Assembly: GCA_043228905.1 (NCBI GenBank)
Contig: JBHGNT010000006.1
Location: forward strand, 12,958,001 to 13,022,000
Length of the DNA: 64,000 nucleotides
Source of the DNA: Azolla caroliniana
Lineage: Eukaryota; Plantae; Polypodiophyta
Reading direction: 5' to 3'
The notes under the pieces are model-generated. The model was not told the origin of the DNA, made no database searches, and saw only the letters and a list, made by a program, of their open reading frames with translations. Of this stretch, positions 26,327 through 39,709 are shown piece by piece. Every line of letters begins with the position of its first letter. Positions within the stretch are counted from its first letter, which is position 1. Both the position numbers and the translations under genes were made by a program.

Positions 26327-28923
26327 ATAACTAAGATCTGGCAAGATGATAGTCAAGTATATGAGGCTTCCGACAATTTGCCGAAACCTTGTCATGTCAC
26401 AAGCCGGTGTTGAATCATTGCGAAGCTTTTGATTCCTATCGAGAGGAATCGTGACAGATCGACAATCCATCATGCCAAATTTGAATAACATATTCGGGAC
26501 ATATTGTCTTTGACTGACCAATTTTCTGTTAGATCTTCAGATCACTTGGATCTCGGGGAAGTAATGAAGGTCCCTAGATCCTTCATTATGAATGTTGCTA
26601 ACAATTGAGACTTTACACGTCCGATTTCATTAAGGTCGACCCTGGCGATGACCGGGTCATCAACACATAGCAGTATGCATACTGGCCCATTTTGACCTTG
26701 ACTAAAAAACAAGGAAGACTCAGACGTTGACTACTGAAACCCCGTCCGATGCCAGCGTTGCTTGATTTATGCATTCCAAGCATGAGGGGCTTGCTTTAGT
26801 CTGTAAAGGGATTTCTCTCAGTCGGCAGACTGCCGACTTGTTCAGTACCGATTGAAATTTGGGTGGTTGAACAATATAGAACTATTCCTCAAGGTTGCTT
26901 CATAGGAAAGCATTCTTTACATCCATCTGATTTAGATGCCAACCCTTTGCCGCCACTACGGCTAGCACCACATGGGCGGTTGTCATTTTTGGTATGAGTG
27001 CAAATGTCTCATTGTAATTGATACCATATGTTTGTGCATAGGCCTTGGCCACCAATCGGGCCTTGTACTTGTTGATGATGCCGTCGTGGTTGTATTTGAC
27101 TTTATACACCCATCTTCATCCGATCGGCTTGACTCCCTTTGGGGGGTCATCGAGGTCCCAAGTCTCATTTTCGGCCAATGCTTTCATTTCTTCCTCCATT
27201 GCCGATTTCCATTTGGCATATTGTGATGCCTTTGCGTAGCTCTTCAGCTTGCAGATTTCTACATCATGTACTTGTTGTATTCATATCGGAGCATGGGGTT
27301 CTTGTGGTGAGTCGATCGGCACAACTTCTTGTTTGCCGATTTCAAGGCCCTCCTAGCCAAATCCGTCCTCAACTCCTGAGGACCTCCGTTGCTACTCACG
27401 GCCTTGTCAGATACACTCCGATCCAACGTGTTGTCATCATTTTCATACTCCAATATCTTCTTCTTCCCTTTCTCTTTGCGAGGCAACCATCCCTTCAGCT
27501 TCATCTGTGAGGATTGCACGGTCAAGTCCTCTCTTGATCTTCATCCATGAGGATTGCATGGTCTCAATCGGCTGGCCCTTTTAGCTCAGCTCTTCCATCG
27601 GACCACTCGGTTGAAAGGAATCAAACTCTCATTTAGAATGCCGATTTCTTCTTCCATGATGTCGGCCTCACGAGCCTCATCTTCAAAATTCGGAGCAGAG
27701 TTGAATGGGGTCGGATTGGTCGGAGGTATATACCAAGAGACCAATTCATCGAATACGACATCACGACTTACTCATCCAAGTAACCGACCAAGATACATTT
27801 TTGGGCATTGGTGTTCAATTCTTCCACTTTTCATTTGGCACATACACATACACAATGTTACCGAACACCCTCCTGGGTCCCAGATTCAACTTCTTCCTGA
27901 AGTAAAGCTCCTGTGGCGACACTCCTTTGTTTGCAGATGTCCGATTTTGGAGGTAGACGATCATCCTAACTGCATCGGCCCAGTAGAACTTGGGCATGCT
28001 CTTCTCTTCTAGAATCACCCTAGTGTCTTCTTCTATGGTCAGGTTCTTCCTCTCGTCCTCGTCATTTTGCTACGACGTCTATCTGCAGGAGAATTCGTGT
28101 CTAATTCCCTCCTTCTGCAGATAACTTGTGAACTAGCTGGAAAAGTACACTTTTCCACCATCGGACCTAAAGCACTTGACCTTCCTTCATGTCTCCCATT
28201 CAACAAGGCTTTTTACCTTTAGGAACAAGAAGAATACTTCTCTTTTCTTCTCGATCAAGCATGCCCATGTGTGCCGAGTGAAGTCATTGATGAAGGTCAC
28301 GAAATATCGGCTCCCTCTTATGCTCACATTCTGTGTCAGGCCCCACACATCCGAATGGATTAGGTCGAGCTTATTACGTCTCTAGTTGCACTCATTGGGG
28401 AAAGGAAGCTGATGTTGCTTCCCGAGTTGCCAAGTTTCGTAGACTTACCCCTTCCGAACACTAAATTTTGGCAGACCGAAAACCATATTCTTCATTAGCA
28501 TCTCTTGAAGCCGTTGGAAATTGACATGGCCAATCCACTTCTGCTAGAGATTGATGTCTGATTCAACCTTTTGTCCTTTGGCGAACATAGCGGCATCGAC
28601 GTCGTCTGTTTCGAGGATAAACATTCTCCCTTCTCTTAGCCCTTGTGTTATAATCTGACATTCCTCCTTGATGAAGCACCCAAGATGAGCGAATCAGACC
28701 TACATTCGTTGATCAATGATTTGTCTAACTGACACCAAATTCTTGGTGATCATCGGCACATGTAAGATATTCCTCATGATTCCTCTCTGGCCGGAATGGC
28801 TCAAAGGGACATGACCAATATGTTCGATGGGGTGAGGGATGTCGTCACCAGTCTCGACAACTCCCAACTATTCCGGTTTCTCCAAAGTAGTGAACCATTC
28901 CATATGGTTCATCATGTGGTTCG

Positions 28924-29302
28924 ATGCGCCGGAGTCCTCCTCCATACTTCGTTCGGCTTCAAGGTGCTCACACCCATTCGGTTGGCTTTGTGCTTCTCGA
29001 CGAATGTGGGTCCCATTCTAGCTTGCCTTGAGACCTCTGTGTAGACCGATTTTTGTTATCCATTGGCTCTGCTTGATTCGCCTTTGTCTGAATCGGCCTT
29101 CTTCTTCCAACATGCGCCAGAGTCCACCTACCATACTTCGTTCAGCTTCGAGGTGCTCACACCCATTCGGTTGGCTTTGTGCTTGCTGACGAATGTGGGT
29201 CCCATTCTAGCTTGCCCTGAGACCCCTGCATAGTGCAATTTTTGTTATCCATTGGCTCTGCTTGATTCGCCTTTGTCTGAATCGGCCTTCTTCTTCCAAC
29301 AT
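28924..29302. repeat. Tandem duplication of about 189 bp in the Copia B gag-protease region
   Basis: CCATACTTCGTTC...CTTCTTCCAACAT occurs at 28942 and 29131. Confidence 0.9.
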
Positions 29303-30640
29303 TCGCTTTCCCTATGGCCCTTCTGGCCACAATAGTAGTAGTTGATGATTCTATTTTTCCAGCTCTCGGGGCCACCTTGACTCCCCCTCCCCGTGGAGGG
29401 TCCACTATTGCTATCGGCACCTCTGTTGTGCCCCTGGTTCTACTCATGTCGGCCGCCTCCATTGTGTGTCGATCCTGCACATCCACCACGACCATGGGGT
29501 TGATCCACCTCCATGTACAACATCTTGTTGTTGGTGTGCGTGCTCGTCAACGCACCCTCGTGGTTTTCTTCTATGAGGAGCATATATTGTAGCTCGAAAA
29601 AGAATGTCGGCTTCTCTCTTGTGCAGATAGTCGTCCGAATTTGCCCATACCTTTTAGTTAGACCACCAAGATAGATCTATACCATCTTGTCTTCATCTAC
29701 CAGAACGTTGATGGATCCCAAAGAATCACAAATCTCTTTGGTCTTGGTGATATAGTTAGTGACCAACATGTCTCCCTGTTGGACATTGTTGAGCTCCTGT
29801 CAGAGCTACAACTTCCGGGTTGTAGTGCTTGCGGCGAATATCTTCTTCAGATTCCCCCAAGCTTCAGTAACTTCACATCCTTGATGTAGCTAAGCATCTG
29901 GTCATGGACACAAGATGTCAAGCAGTATAAGACAATTGTGATTGGGAAATCTTTTCTCCATCTGCCTATTCCCATGTTTGGAAATCTCTATTCGTCGGCT
30001 TTGGAACTACTTTGTTTGTACCTTCAACATAACTCTAGTACCCATGCCCGAGCAAGTACTAGTGCATCTTGTATGTTGTTCTGTCGAACGTCGACTCTGA
30101 ACGTTCGGTTAAGACGACTATGGTAGGGAATTAGATTGTTTGATACTAGTCCTATGCTCAGAAACTGATACACAAGGAATCACTATTATGGTTAATATGC
30201 ATTGATGATCGACTATTCGTTGTAATATAATTAGGTAGCAGATACTGTATTCAAATGTTCAACATAGACACAATTAGAAGATATAACACAACGTAGTTGA
30301 CACTGTAGATATACTAAACTACTAACTTATATTACTCAAAATAGAACGATAACATTACAATGCTCTCGGTCCCTTTTTATAAGTGCTCCGAGAGTCTCTC
30401 TTCGAAGATTACACCTGCCTTCTTCAGCAAGAACTACCACAAAACTGTTCTAACTAACTTACTATATATTTTTACTTGGGAAAATTATATTAATTCTATT
30501 TTAATTTTATCCTTGCTCTTCCGACTTCCGACTCTTGTTCACATTGTCAAAGTCCAAACATTGCCGACTCCGAATCCAACTCTCTTTCACACTTGTCCAA
30601 CTTCAACCTTTCGACACTGAGTAGTTGATCGGCTAACACT

Positions 30641-30682
30641 TAGCATGTTCGTGGGACAGTGCCTTGCACGGACGAACCCCAC
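30641..30682 (-). other. tRNA 3'-half-like element (inverted PBS) at the PPT position of G2
   Basis: The minus strand reads GTGGGG TTCGT CCGTGCAAGGCACT GT CCCAC GAACATGCTA, then ag, then TGTTAG (LTR). Confidence 0.65.
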
Positions 30683-30689
30683 CCACCCT

Positions 30690-32726
30690 CTACTCTTGGT
30701 CGCAGACCTCCTCAGGTTCGTTGGCTTCATCGTCGTCACTTACTTCTTCGTTCAAGATGTCGAATAATGTGGGTTCTTCTTCCACTCGTATGTCATCTTT
30801 GATGTTGCTCCTCTTCTTGCCCTACCTCGTCCGGCTCCATGTCACCTTCATCTTTGTTCATTGGTATTGTGTGGTTCTGAGTCAACTAGAGAGGGTGGTT
30901 TGTTGGTGTTTGGCCCTAATTCTCCATTCTGCTATCGCCACTCTCATTCATACGCATCCAATTGTACAACAATGTTGATATGATGGTCTTCATATTCCTC
31001 CATAAGGCGTGTAATAACCTCCCCATGACGTGTAGCAAGCTTGTACATATCTTGGGCAAGATCCTCCTAGACGGTGGTGATAGTTGTGTTGTCCATCTTG
31101 AAGAAACCTGTGCCTTGCTTATTCCTGTTCTCTTGGTCGGCTCGGAGAAGTTGCAATTCGGACGCTTGTGTCGACCATGTCGTCTAGCCTTTTTCACAGG
31201 AGTCGATTACTATTCTCTGTGTTCGAGCCTTATGTGCCGAAAAAATGAGGTGCACTTTCTCCTCTCCCATGCTCACTTTATACTCCATCGTGGCTAACTC
31301 TTTTCACTGTTAGGCGAGCTTCCGCCGACCCTTGGTCGAACATTAGCTTCACCTCTGCCACCAATAGTGCTAGACGTTTCTCTTCATACTTGGCCTCGAG
31401 CCCGTTGTACTTCTTAGCTAGTTCCTTTTTGTCTAGATCAAGTTGTGCTTTGTGCTGCTCATGCTCCATATGCATCTCTGACTTCTCTCGCACTAGCTTA
31501 GCGATTTGGTCATCATAATTCCTTTTTGCATGCTTCGGCCATGTCCTTCGCCGCTCTATTAGTGTGAAGAGGGGGCATTTGAATCATTGTGCTTTTATTT
31601 TTCGCATCGCTGATTTTTGCAGTTCTCTTTCCTCTTCAAGCTCAATAACCCTGAGTATGGCCTTTTGGATCATCTCCAGATCCTTGTGCTCCTAGGCGAG
31701 TAAGTCGGTTGCATATTGTAATCTCTTAGCGAGCCAATCCACCAGTTCATATTATGTCCCAAACTGTAACAGGGCCGCGAATTCATGGGTTGTTGTTGGT
31801 ATCTCAGGAAAACCAAGGACTTCATTCGGGGACATTGACGATGTTTTGCCCTTTTCCATAGCTCGTCCCTGGGCCCGTTCAATTGTGTCGCTAGTTGGTG
31901 CTTCAGTTCGTAATGGTTGCTTAGCCGCCTGCTGGGCATTGACCCTTTGTTTCTTGGTCGACCGACTCTCCTCCACCTGCGGTTGTTCGGGATGAACGTG
32001 CTAGCTCTTTTGCTTTCTCCTTAGTTTCTTTGGTTGGGGTTGGGGTTCCTCCAGTTGCTGTTTGGGTATGGTTTCAAATATCGGCTCCGGTTGATGGTGG
32101 GTCTTGGGTTCGGCGTTTGGGGTTGACTCTGGTTGATGCTGGGTTTCGGGTGGTGTTTGTTGTGTGAGTTCCAATTCTTGCGACTCTTCTCGTGGGATTG
32201 TTCTCCGAATTGATGTTGTCGAAAGAAATTTTGACAGATCGTGAAAAAATTGATCGTCCCCCCCTTGAGTTCTGTAAGCCTTTGCTAATGGTGACTATTC
32301 GCCGAAATATGATTGTAAAATTTCGGCATCGAGAGTATCCATTTCATCATACCCCTCCTTTTTCATACGACGCATCTGTTTATTAGTGATTTTGTCGACA
32401 TCGATTTCTTTGACTATGTCTTCTACGTGCTGGTGGGGTTCAACGTCGGCTATTTTCAGATAGCCCACCAATTGTTTTTGTCTTTAGCCATCGGCGTAGT
32501 TGCTCTGATACTTGCATCAGCATGTCTTTTGCTTCTTCTATGTGAATGACCTCGTTGTTGTTGGTGCTCGACGAAGAGAGTCGAAGTGCTCTGTGTGTGT
32601 TCTTGATCAACTATTGTTGTCTGATGCACTTGTTGTTAACCTATGTGAGGATGATCTTCATACTAACCTATGCTTTTCAGTGATAGAGAAGGTAGTGGAA
32701 AGAGTATTTGTGAAAAATTGGTCCAT
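30690..32726 (-). pseudogene. Extra ORF of G2, a diverged and shorter homolog of the G1/G3 extra ORF
   Basis: QVSEQLRRWL, EVLGFPEIPTTTHEFAALLQFGT, a coiled coil, GFFKM...EDLAQD and a C-terminal EPTLFDIL align with the G1/G3 motifs. Confidence 0.75.
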
Positions 32727-32959
32727 ATTTTGAGACAGAACGTTATAAAAATAGTATGTGCTATTAATAGCTCTTCAATGGCCACCACTTGTAATCAATA
32801 CCGAATCATAAGTGTGCTTGTCCTTTTATAGTCTAAAAAGGACAATGCCAAGAAGTAATGGTGACACTAATGATTTTCTGTTACATTAGTTTTCTGCCAA
32901 GATTTGATTGATTGATTAATTCATTGTTTTATTTTATTTTAAATATTTACAATTATGTC

Positions 32960-35900
32960 CTATTAGCCGACTATCACAGGGTAGTCGGCCGACTGTCGAT
33001 TTCGGCGTCTTGTTCGAATGGGTTTGTCAAGGTCGGTCCCCGATAGGGCTTGAGTTGGAACCCATTAACCCATTTATGCTAGACTTCCCCAGCTAACGTT
33101 CCGACTTGATAAGTGTCGTTGTTCCTACCGACAATCCAATATGGTCCAGTCCATGGAATCTCAGCTTCCCTAGCATAGCCCCCATTTTTGTTTGAAAAAC
33201 TAAGACCGCCTTGCTGACCTCGAACAACTTCTCCTTATTATGTCGGTGTCAATCGACAAACGCCTAAGTTCTTCTTTGCTTCTGCTCCAATTGACACATT
33301 GTCTTTAGCCGACTCTCCCCCAACAATAGTAGTTGTGTCTTCCGAATCCATTGCTACTACTCCTCATCAAGTCGTTCGATGACCTGTACTCGTAGTGTCA
33401 GAATCTGAAATTCAATTGGCATGACTGCCTCTAATCCGAACTCCATTTGAAATGGAGTCGACTTGATCATTGTTTTGTATGTGGTGCGGTAGGCCCATAA
33501 AGCACTATGCAACTTTTGATCCCATTCGGTGCAATTTTCGTTGATTATCTTCCTTGGTATCATTTGTAGTGTTCCCGTTGGCTTCTGGGTAGCATGGTGT
33601 ACTCCTCTTATGCACGACTACATAATAATTCGACAATTCATGAATAATTCTATTAACAAAGTGAGTACCCTGATCACTTACTAACTCAATTGGGCAACCA
33701 AATCTACTCCATATGTATTTGTACAGAAATTTTGTTGTTGAAGCTGCCGTATTATCTTGAAGGGCTTTGGCTTCGACCCATTTTGTGCGGTAGTTAGTGG
33801 CGACTATGACATATTTGTTTACAGTCCTTGCCGTTGCAAGTTTGAATGGTTCGACAAAGTTGAGACCCCATTTTTGGAATGGTTCTAATGGTAGTATTGG
33901 TTGATGTGGCATGCGATCTCGTTCACTTGGTTGACCAATTTGATGACACAAATCGCATTGTCGGCAATAGTCGACTGCCTTTTTCATAGTGGTCGGCCAC
34001 CATAACCCACTATTCCAAATCTTCTCAGTTGTCGTCTCACCAGCATAATGACCTCGAGCTATCCCGAAATGTGCCTCATGCAAAACTATCTCCTTCTCAA
34101 ACTGTTGAACCACGCGACGCCATATGCCATCGGCTCCTTTATGGTATAATGTGTCCTTCAATAGACAAAAGTTCTGACTCCGAACTGCGAATCGTTTTTG
34201 TTCATCTACTGCCATTCCTTCTGGTGGCAATCTGGTACTGAGGAATATTGACATGTTCGTGATCCACAAGTAGGTTGCTTCTTCATCAACTTCGGTTGAA
34301 GTTACTATTTTGACGCGGAACAATTGAGCATCTAGAAAATCATCCTTAACAGTTGTACCTGGTTCCCCCAACTCTAGTCGACTCAAGTAGTCGGTTACTG
34401 CATGTAGTACCCCTAGTCGATGTATAATATCGAATTCAAATTCTTCTAAGAGCAGTGTCCACCTTGCCTTAATGACTGTTTTGAGACTAAGTAATAATAG
34501 AGCAGAATGGTCGCCATGGAAAGTAAATTTTCAACCCAACATGTAATGTCAGAACTTGTTTACGTTGTAGACCAAGCTGAGAGCCTCCTGTTCCGTTGTC
34601 GAATAATTCCACTCGGCAGTCGATAATTTCCAACTCGCATAATAAACTGGCTTGTACCAATTTGGCTCCAACAACTGCACAAGTGCACTGCTGATTGCAA
34701 TATCTAAGGCGTCGACAAAAACATGTAAATCTTTAGCCCAATTAGGTGGTTGTATGACAGGTACCTTTGTGAGCATTTTCTTTAGATAGTCGTACGCGTC
34801 CTGTTCGGTTGTCGACCACTGAAATGGTGTTTTTTGTGTACAGCCGCATGTAGGGGTGTTGCGACATCGGCCAAATACTGAATCATGTGATGTGCCATCT
34901 AATTTGACCGAGGAATCTACTAAGAGCTTTAGCATTTGACGGCAGTGACGCCTCCATTATGGCTTTAACTTTGTTAGGGTCGACGGCAATTCCGTCCCGT
35001 CTAACCATATGACCAAGCAGCGTACCACTCGTTACTTTGAATGCACATTTAGCTACATTTAAACTTAGTCTTCCTTGTCGACACCTATCCAGGCATAATC
35101 AGAGGTGTTCAAAATGGTCGGCTTGTCGACTGTATACCGTGAAATCATCTAAAAATACCCACATGAATGTTGGTATGTAATCAGCGAAAATCTCCATGAT
35201 TACTCTTTGGAATGTAACCGAAGTTGTTTTTAGTCCGAATATCATGACAATTGCAACAAAGACCCCCTATTTAGTGACAAAAGTTGTTTACTCCTAGTCA
35301 TCAAGATGCATTTGAACCTGGTTATAACCACTAAACCCATCAAGAAAACTATAAATTTCATGACCAGCCACCGAATCAAGGACACCATCACTAAAGCCGA
35401 CTTGGAGTAGTTTGTTGATCTCTTCTTTTACGTTCACTGCATACTTCGGATTTAAACGATACCGTCACTGTTGAACCGACTTCACATTTCTATGCAAATT
35501 AATCTGATGCTAACAGAATGTTGGGTCGAGGCCCTTCATATCTTCGAACAACCACACAAACACATCTTTGTATTGTCGTAGAAGTTTGGTCATTTTTTGC
35601 TTATCGGCCAACTTCATGTCCTTTGCTATAAGGATTGTCTTTGGCTCGGCTTCATTGTCAGCTAAATTCAACTCTTCTAATGCCGAAACCTGTACCCGTT
35701 GGGATACTTGCATTTCCCTTTCCATTGCTTCTTGTCGCAGATGTAACTCCTTCAGAGTTTTATCATCGACCTGGATCTCCTCCTCCTTGTCGTCTTCTCC
35801 GAAACATGGCGTGAGTGCCTTAATAATGTCTACTTCGAATAATGGAATGATTTTCGGATTGTCGTCGAAGTATTGATCCTCTTCTACATCATCTAATCCT

Positions 35901-38002
35901 TCCATCATATTAACCACCTCTGCATGTACGGGTAAATAGTGTCGAGATGTCATGACCTTTTCCTGAGTCGACACCCGAATCTTGCTCTTGCCCTTTCAAA
36001 ATGTAAAAATATTTTTCTGCCAATTCTGTTTAATATTAGGAGTTTTGAGCCAGGGTCTGCCAAATAACAGAGGATATGCACGTGGTGCATCAAGATGAAG
36101 AACGACCGCCAAAATCTGAAATGTGTGGGCACCAATGACAATTTCCAATTGTCGAATCAGTTCGAGTGGTCGGACGGTACTAATGCCAGCCATTCGTAGC
36201 CAAAAGGGACATGCTTCCCATTTCGTAATGCCGAGCCGATCACATGTTAGTTTGTTAATAACATTTACGCCGGAACCACCATCAACAATGCTACCTGTTA
36301 CTTCCTGGCCGTGAATGATGACTTTGACTAGTGGACTCTGCTCGTCCATTATAGTTGGTCCTGTAATTGGATTGGTAAAGTTTACCGACACTTTTTCCGA
36401 CCCGTTTCTAGCAATAATGGTGGCGACCTTTTCGGTAAATCGAGGCACTAATTTTAATAATCTTGCTAAGGGTAATGATACTTGGAAATCTGCCAAGACC
36501 TTCCATGATTCCTCATCCTCAAGTGCCATAGTCGGCACCAATTGTTTGATTGTCTGACTTGTCGGTCGGTAGACTAAGTTTTCTTGCACCATTCGAGCAA
36601 CATTGTTGTTGTTAGCCTCTTCAACCCATTCCTCGCCTGCTTTTCGTACTACCTCCTGTACTTCCCACTCCGATTGTTTAGCTTTACTTCAAGTGGTGAC
36701 TTGTTGTACTTCGGCCGCTGCCATATTTATTGCCAGTGCTTTCCCTTTATCCTTTGTCGGGCATTGATTAGTGTAATGACCATCCTTCCTGCAGATATAA
36801 CAATTCGGTACAAAGGATCCATTGGATTCACCATTTTCATATTGGTACCGTCGAAATCGTGTGGTTCGGAGTCATCTCTGGCTCTAGAATCATGTTGAAA
36901 TTGTTGAGATCCTTTTGATTTTTTGTTATCGTAGAACTGACGATTCAGTGGTCGATTATCCTCATCCTCCTTTGTTCATAGGACCTCCTCTCCTCATGAT
37001 ATTGACTACCCTTGTACGGTTGTCGATTATTCCTATCTTGTCGGGTGAATAATCCCGATCATAACTACTTCGACTATCGCGTCTATAGTCATCTTGTTGG
37101 TCATCTTCCCATTGATAGTCATTGTATCAGTCGTCGCGTCAATAATCATCACATTGATTATCGTCCCTCCGATTATCATCTGACCGATAGTGATCATCAT
37201 ATCGTGGCCGATCATCCTCTTGAAACTGGTGCCCCCATCGATTCCGGTCTTCTTGGAAGTTGTCTTGCGGTTGTATTTGTCGAATTGGTGTTGTGACTTT
37301 ATTGAGTAAATTGTACTCACACTAGTGGACTGCATGCGCCTTATTATGGCAAATCGTACAATGAGTGCGTAAGTTGCATTCTATCGTAGAATGCCCCATA
37401 TTAAGACATGGTGTACATTGGACGGCTTTGCAGAACCTCAACTCTTCCAACGTAGGTAAAGATCGTTGTAATGGCGCCATAGACATATTGTTAGTGTTCT
37501 ATGTTTTGTCCATTGCTAGTGCTTTGTCAATCACTTGCTCTAGTGATTGATTCTTAAAATCAAACAAAGCTAAGGTAGTTCGCAATGGTTCGCATAATGT
37601 TGCCAAGAAGGTTTCCTTTAGTTCCTCTTCTGGAGTAGGACGCATCAATTGGAGGCAAAGATTTTGAAATCTAATGACAAATTGTGGCATTGTTTCACGC
37701 GCTTCTTGATATGCCGCATAAAATTGACTAAGTAAGTCTTTTTGTGGAATCTATCGATGAAATGACGTGATAAATTTGAGAGTTAATTGCTCGAAAGATT
37801 TGAACGCCCTAGCTCCATTTTGGGAATACCAATCTATTGATGGTCCGTCGAGCGATAATACAAACTCCACGATTTTAGATTTATCTTCCTCTACTGCCAA
37901 CAATCGGTGTGATTCATGGTTCACTTGTCATGTCGTGAGAAAATCGCGCACATGCGCTTCCGCATTGGTTCCATCATGACACTTAGAGTAGGGGTACGAC
38001 AT
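32960..38002 (-). pseudogene. G2 gag-pol (gag from about 38002, PR about 36000-36590, RT about 34900-35500, RH about 34400-34760, INT about 33000-34390)
   Basis: ORF-track fragments carry Ty3/Gypsy motifs in PR-RT-RH-INT order. Confidence 0.9.
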
Positions 38003-38267
38003 TGTATCCTCCTCCCAAAGTTTGAAAAAATACCCTTGATCAGACTGCTCCTCGTCTGAACTACTATTAGTTAAATCGGGAAGTGCCCTCGACTCCCCCT
38101 CAACTGCTTGTCAGTTCTTATTAATAACCTTCGAACTTTCAGCACTACCACCTTTTGCACGTCAGGTCTCTGATCATGTGCATGGTCTTTTGTTGCCCAC
38201 GGGATGATCCGTACTCAGTGGACCAAATCACATCCATTCCCCTTGTTCTCCGCCTATAGCAAATGTA

Positions 38268-38280
38268 ACTGGGCATGCCA
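38268..38280 (-). promoter_or_regulatory. PBS of G2, tRNA-Arg-like (TGGCATGCCCAGT)
   Basis: It begins TGG after an 8-nt spacer inside the 5' LTR end and resembles the TGGCACGCCC-type PBS of non-chromovirus plant Gypsy elements. The tRNA assignment is from recall. Confidence 0.65.
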
Positions 38281-39062
38281 AATTATTGTGTTGTTCCGCC
38301 GACAACTGATTGTTGTAACTCACAGCCACAATAGGTTGAATGTCAACTCCTAACATTCAATCAGGATGATTGTAGTAGGGAATTATATTGTTCGATACTA
38401 GTCCTATGCTTAGAGACTGATACACAAGGAATCACTATTATGGTTAATATGCACTGATGATCAACTATTCGTTGTAATATAATTAGGTAGCAGATACTGT
38501 ATTCAAATGTTCGACACAGACACAATTGGAAGATACAACACAATGTAGTCGATACAGTAGATATACTAAACTACTAACTTATATTACTTAAATAGAACGA
38601 TAATATTACAATGCTCTCAGTCCCTTTTTATAGGTGCTCTGAGACTCTCTCTTCGAAGATTACACCTGCCTTCTTCGGCAATAACTACCACAAAATTGTT
38701 CTAACTAACTTACTATATATTTTTATTTGGCGAAATTATATTAATTCTATTTTAATTTTATCCTTGCTCTTCCGACTTCCGACTCCTGTTCACATTGTCT
38801 ACTCCAACTCCGACTCTCTGTCAAAGATTCCAACCTTTCGACATTGAGTAGCCGACCGGCTAACATTGTACTCCCAAGATGTGTAGTTGTTCCTGTTGAG
38901 CTTTTCGGTCGGCAAGGTGCTCCCCATAGCTTTGTCCATGTTCTTGTCTTTCTCTTGTCTAGAAGATTAAAGGCTCTGTCGGTTTGAGGTTTCGCTTGTC
39001 GACTACAGAGGATCTTCTCAACCCTCGCACTCTAATACCATGTAAAGAATTGGAGTTTGCGG

Positions 39063-39309
39063 AAGCTTTTGGACAGTGACTCGGCCAATAGTTAGGAAAA
39101 ACGCAGAGTATGTAAGTATGAAGGTAAGTACAGAGAGAGAGAGAGAGAGAGAGACTGAGTAGAGTAGACAACAACAAACTTCTATTCAAAATACTCAGTA
39201 CAAACAAATGTGCCTCACTTCCAAATTATTTTTGAATTCACGAAAGCTTTTGGACAGTGACTCAGTCGATAGTTAGGAAAAACGCAAAGTATGTAAGTAT
39301 GAAGGTAAG

Positions 39310-39364
<55 letters not shown>

Positions 39365-39446
39365 AGTAGAGTAGACAACAACAAACTTCTATTCAAAATA
39401 CTCAGTACAAACAAATGTGCCTCACTTCCAAATTATTTTTGAATTC
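39063..39446. repeat. Tandem duplication of the truncated Copia B LTR end plus its flanking junction
   Basis: AAGCTTTTGGACAGTGACTC...CTCACTTCCAAATTATTTTTGAATTC occurs twice, with different (GA)n lengths. Confidence 0.9.
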
Positions 39447-39494
39447 TTGAGGTATTGGGGGTTATGATTCAATTGAGAGGGAGGGAGGGAGAGA

Positions 39495-39562
39495 GGGAGA
39501 GCTCAGTTGGTAAGGTTGCCCAATGGAAACCAAGTGGTCATGGGTTCAACTCCTATATTCCA
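39495..39562 (+). other. tRNA-derived (SINE-like) head with Pol III A and B boxes
   Basis: A box GAGCTCAGTTGG and T-arm ATGGG-TTCAACT-CCTAT. No convincing anticodon arm. Confidence 0.55.
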
Positions 39563-39709
39563 TAGTGGCATCTAATGAAATAAGAGATATCTATGGGGTA
39601 ATAGAGAGGTGAGAAAATTAGGTTTCTAACCCAACACAAATATGGTATATGACAACACAAATATAACATCCTCCACATAGTACTTATGAAAGTGACTGGT
39701 GACTCTTAA

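Larger units (their letters stand above)
30074..38865 (-). mobile_element. Ty3/Gypsy element G2, complete (5' LTR 38289-38865, 3' LTR 30074-30638), TSD TTGTA; gag-PR-RT-RH-INT plus extra ORF
   Basis: TSD at 30069-73 and 38866-70. PR IVDGGSGVNVI, RT FLDDF, RH VFVDA...NYSTTEQEAL, INT PFQKWGLNFV and LVSDQGTHF. Many stops. Confidence 0.96.
19433..39212 (-). mobile_element. Ty1/Copia element B (3' LTR 19433-19853, PPT 19854-19870, truncated 5' LTR from 39041, PBS 39027-39040), host to nested Copia C and Gypsy G2
   Basis: Both LTRs start TGTAAAGAATT on the + strand. RNase H ITWCSKKQSTVA...FCDN, RT YKARLVAK...QMDVKNAFL, integrase and gag pieces at 27700-30073 and 38871-38960. PBS TGGTATTAGAG. Confidence 0.88.

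Noticed and set aside
36260-36295. Non-canonical DGG protease active site in G2 and G3
   Set aside because: DGG/DNG variants are common in non-chromovirus plant Gypsy proteases, so this is not novel.
39495-39562. Functional tRNA gene
   Set aside because: The D arm, anticodon arm and acceptor stem do not pair properly. It is treated as a tRNA-derived repeat.
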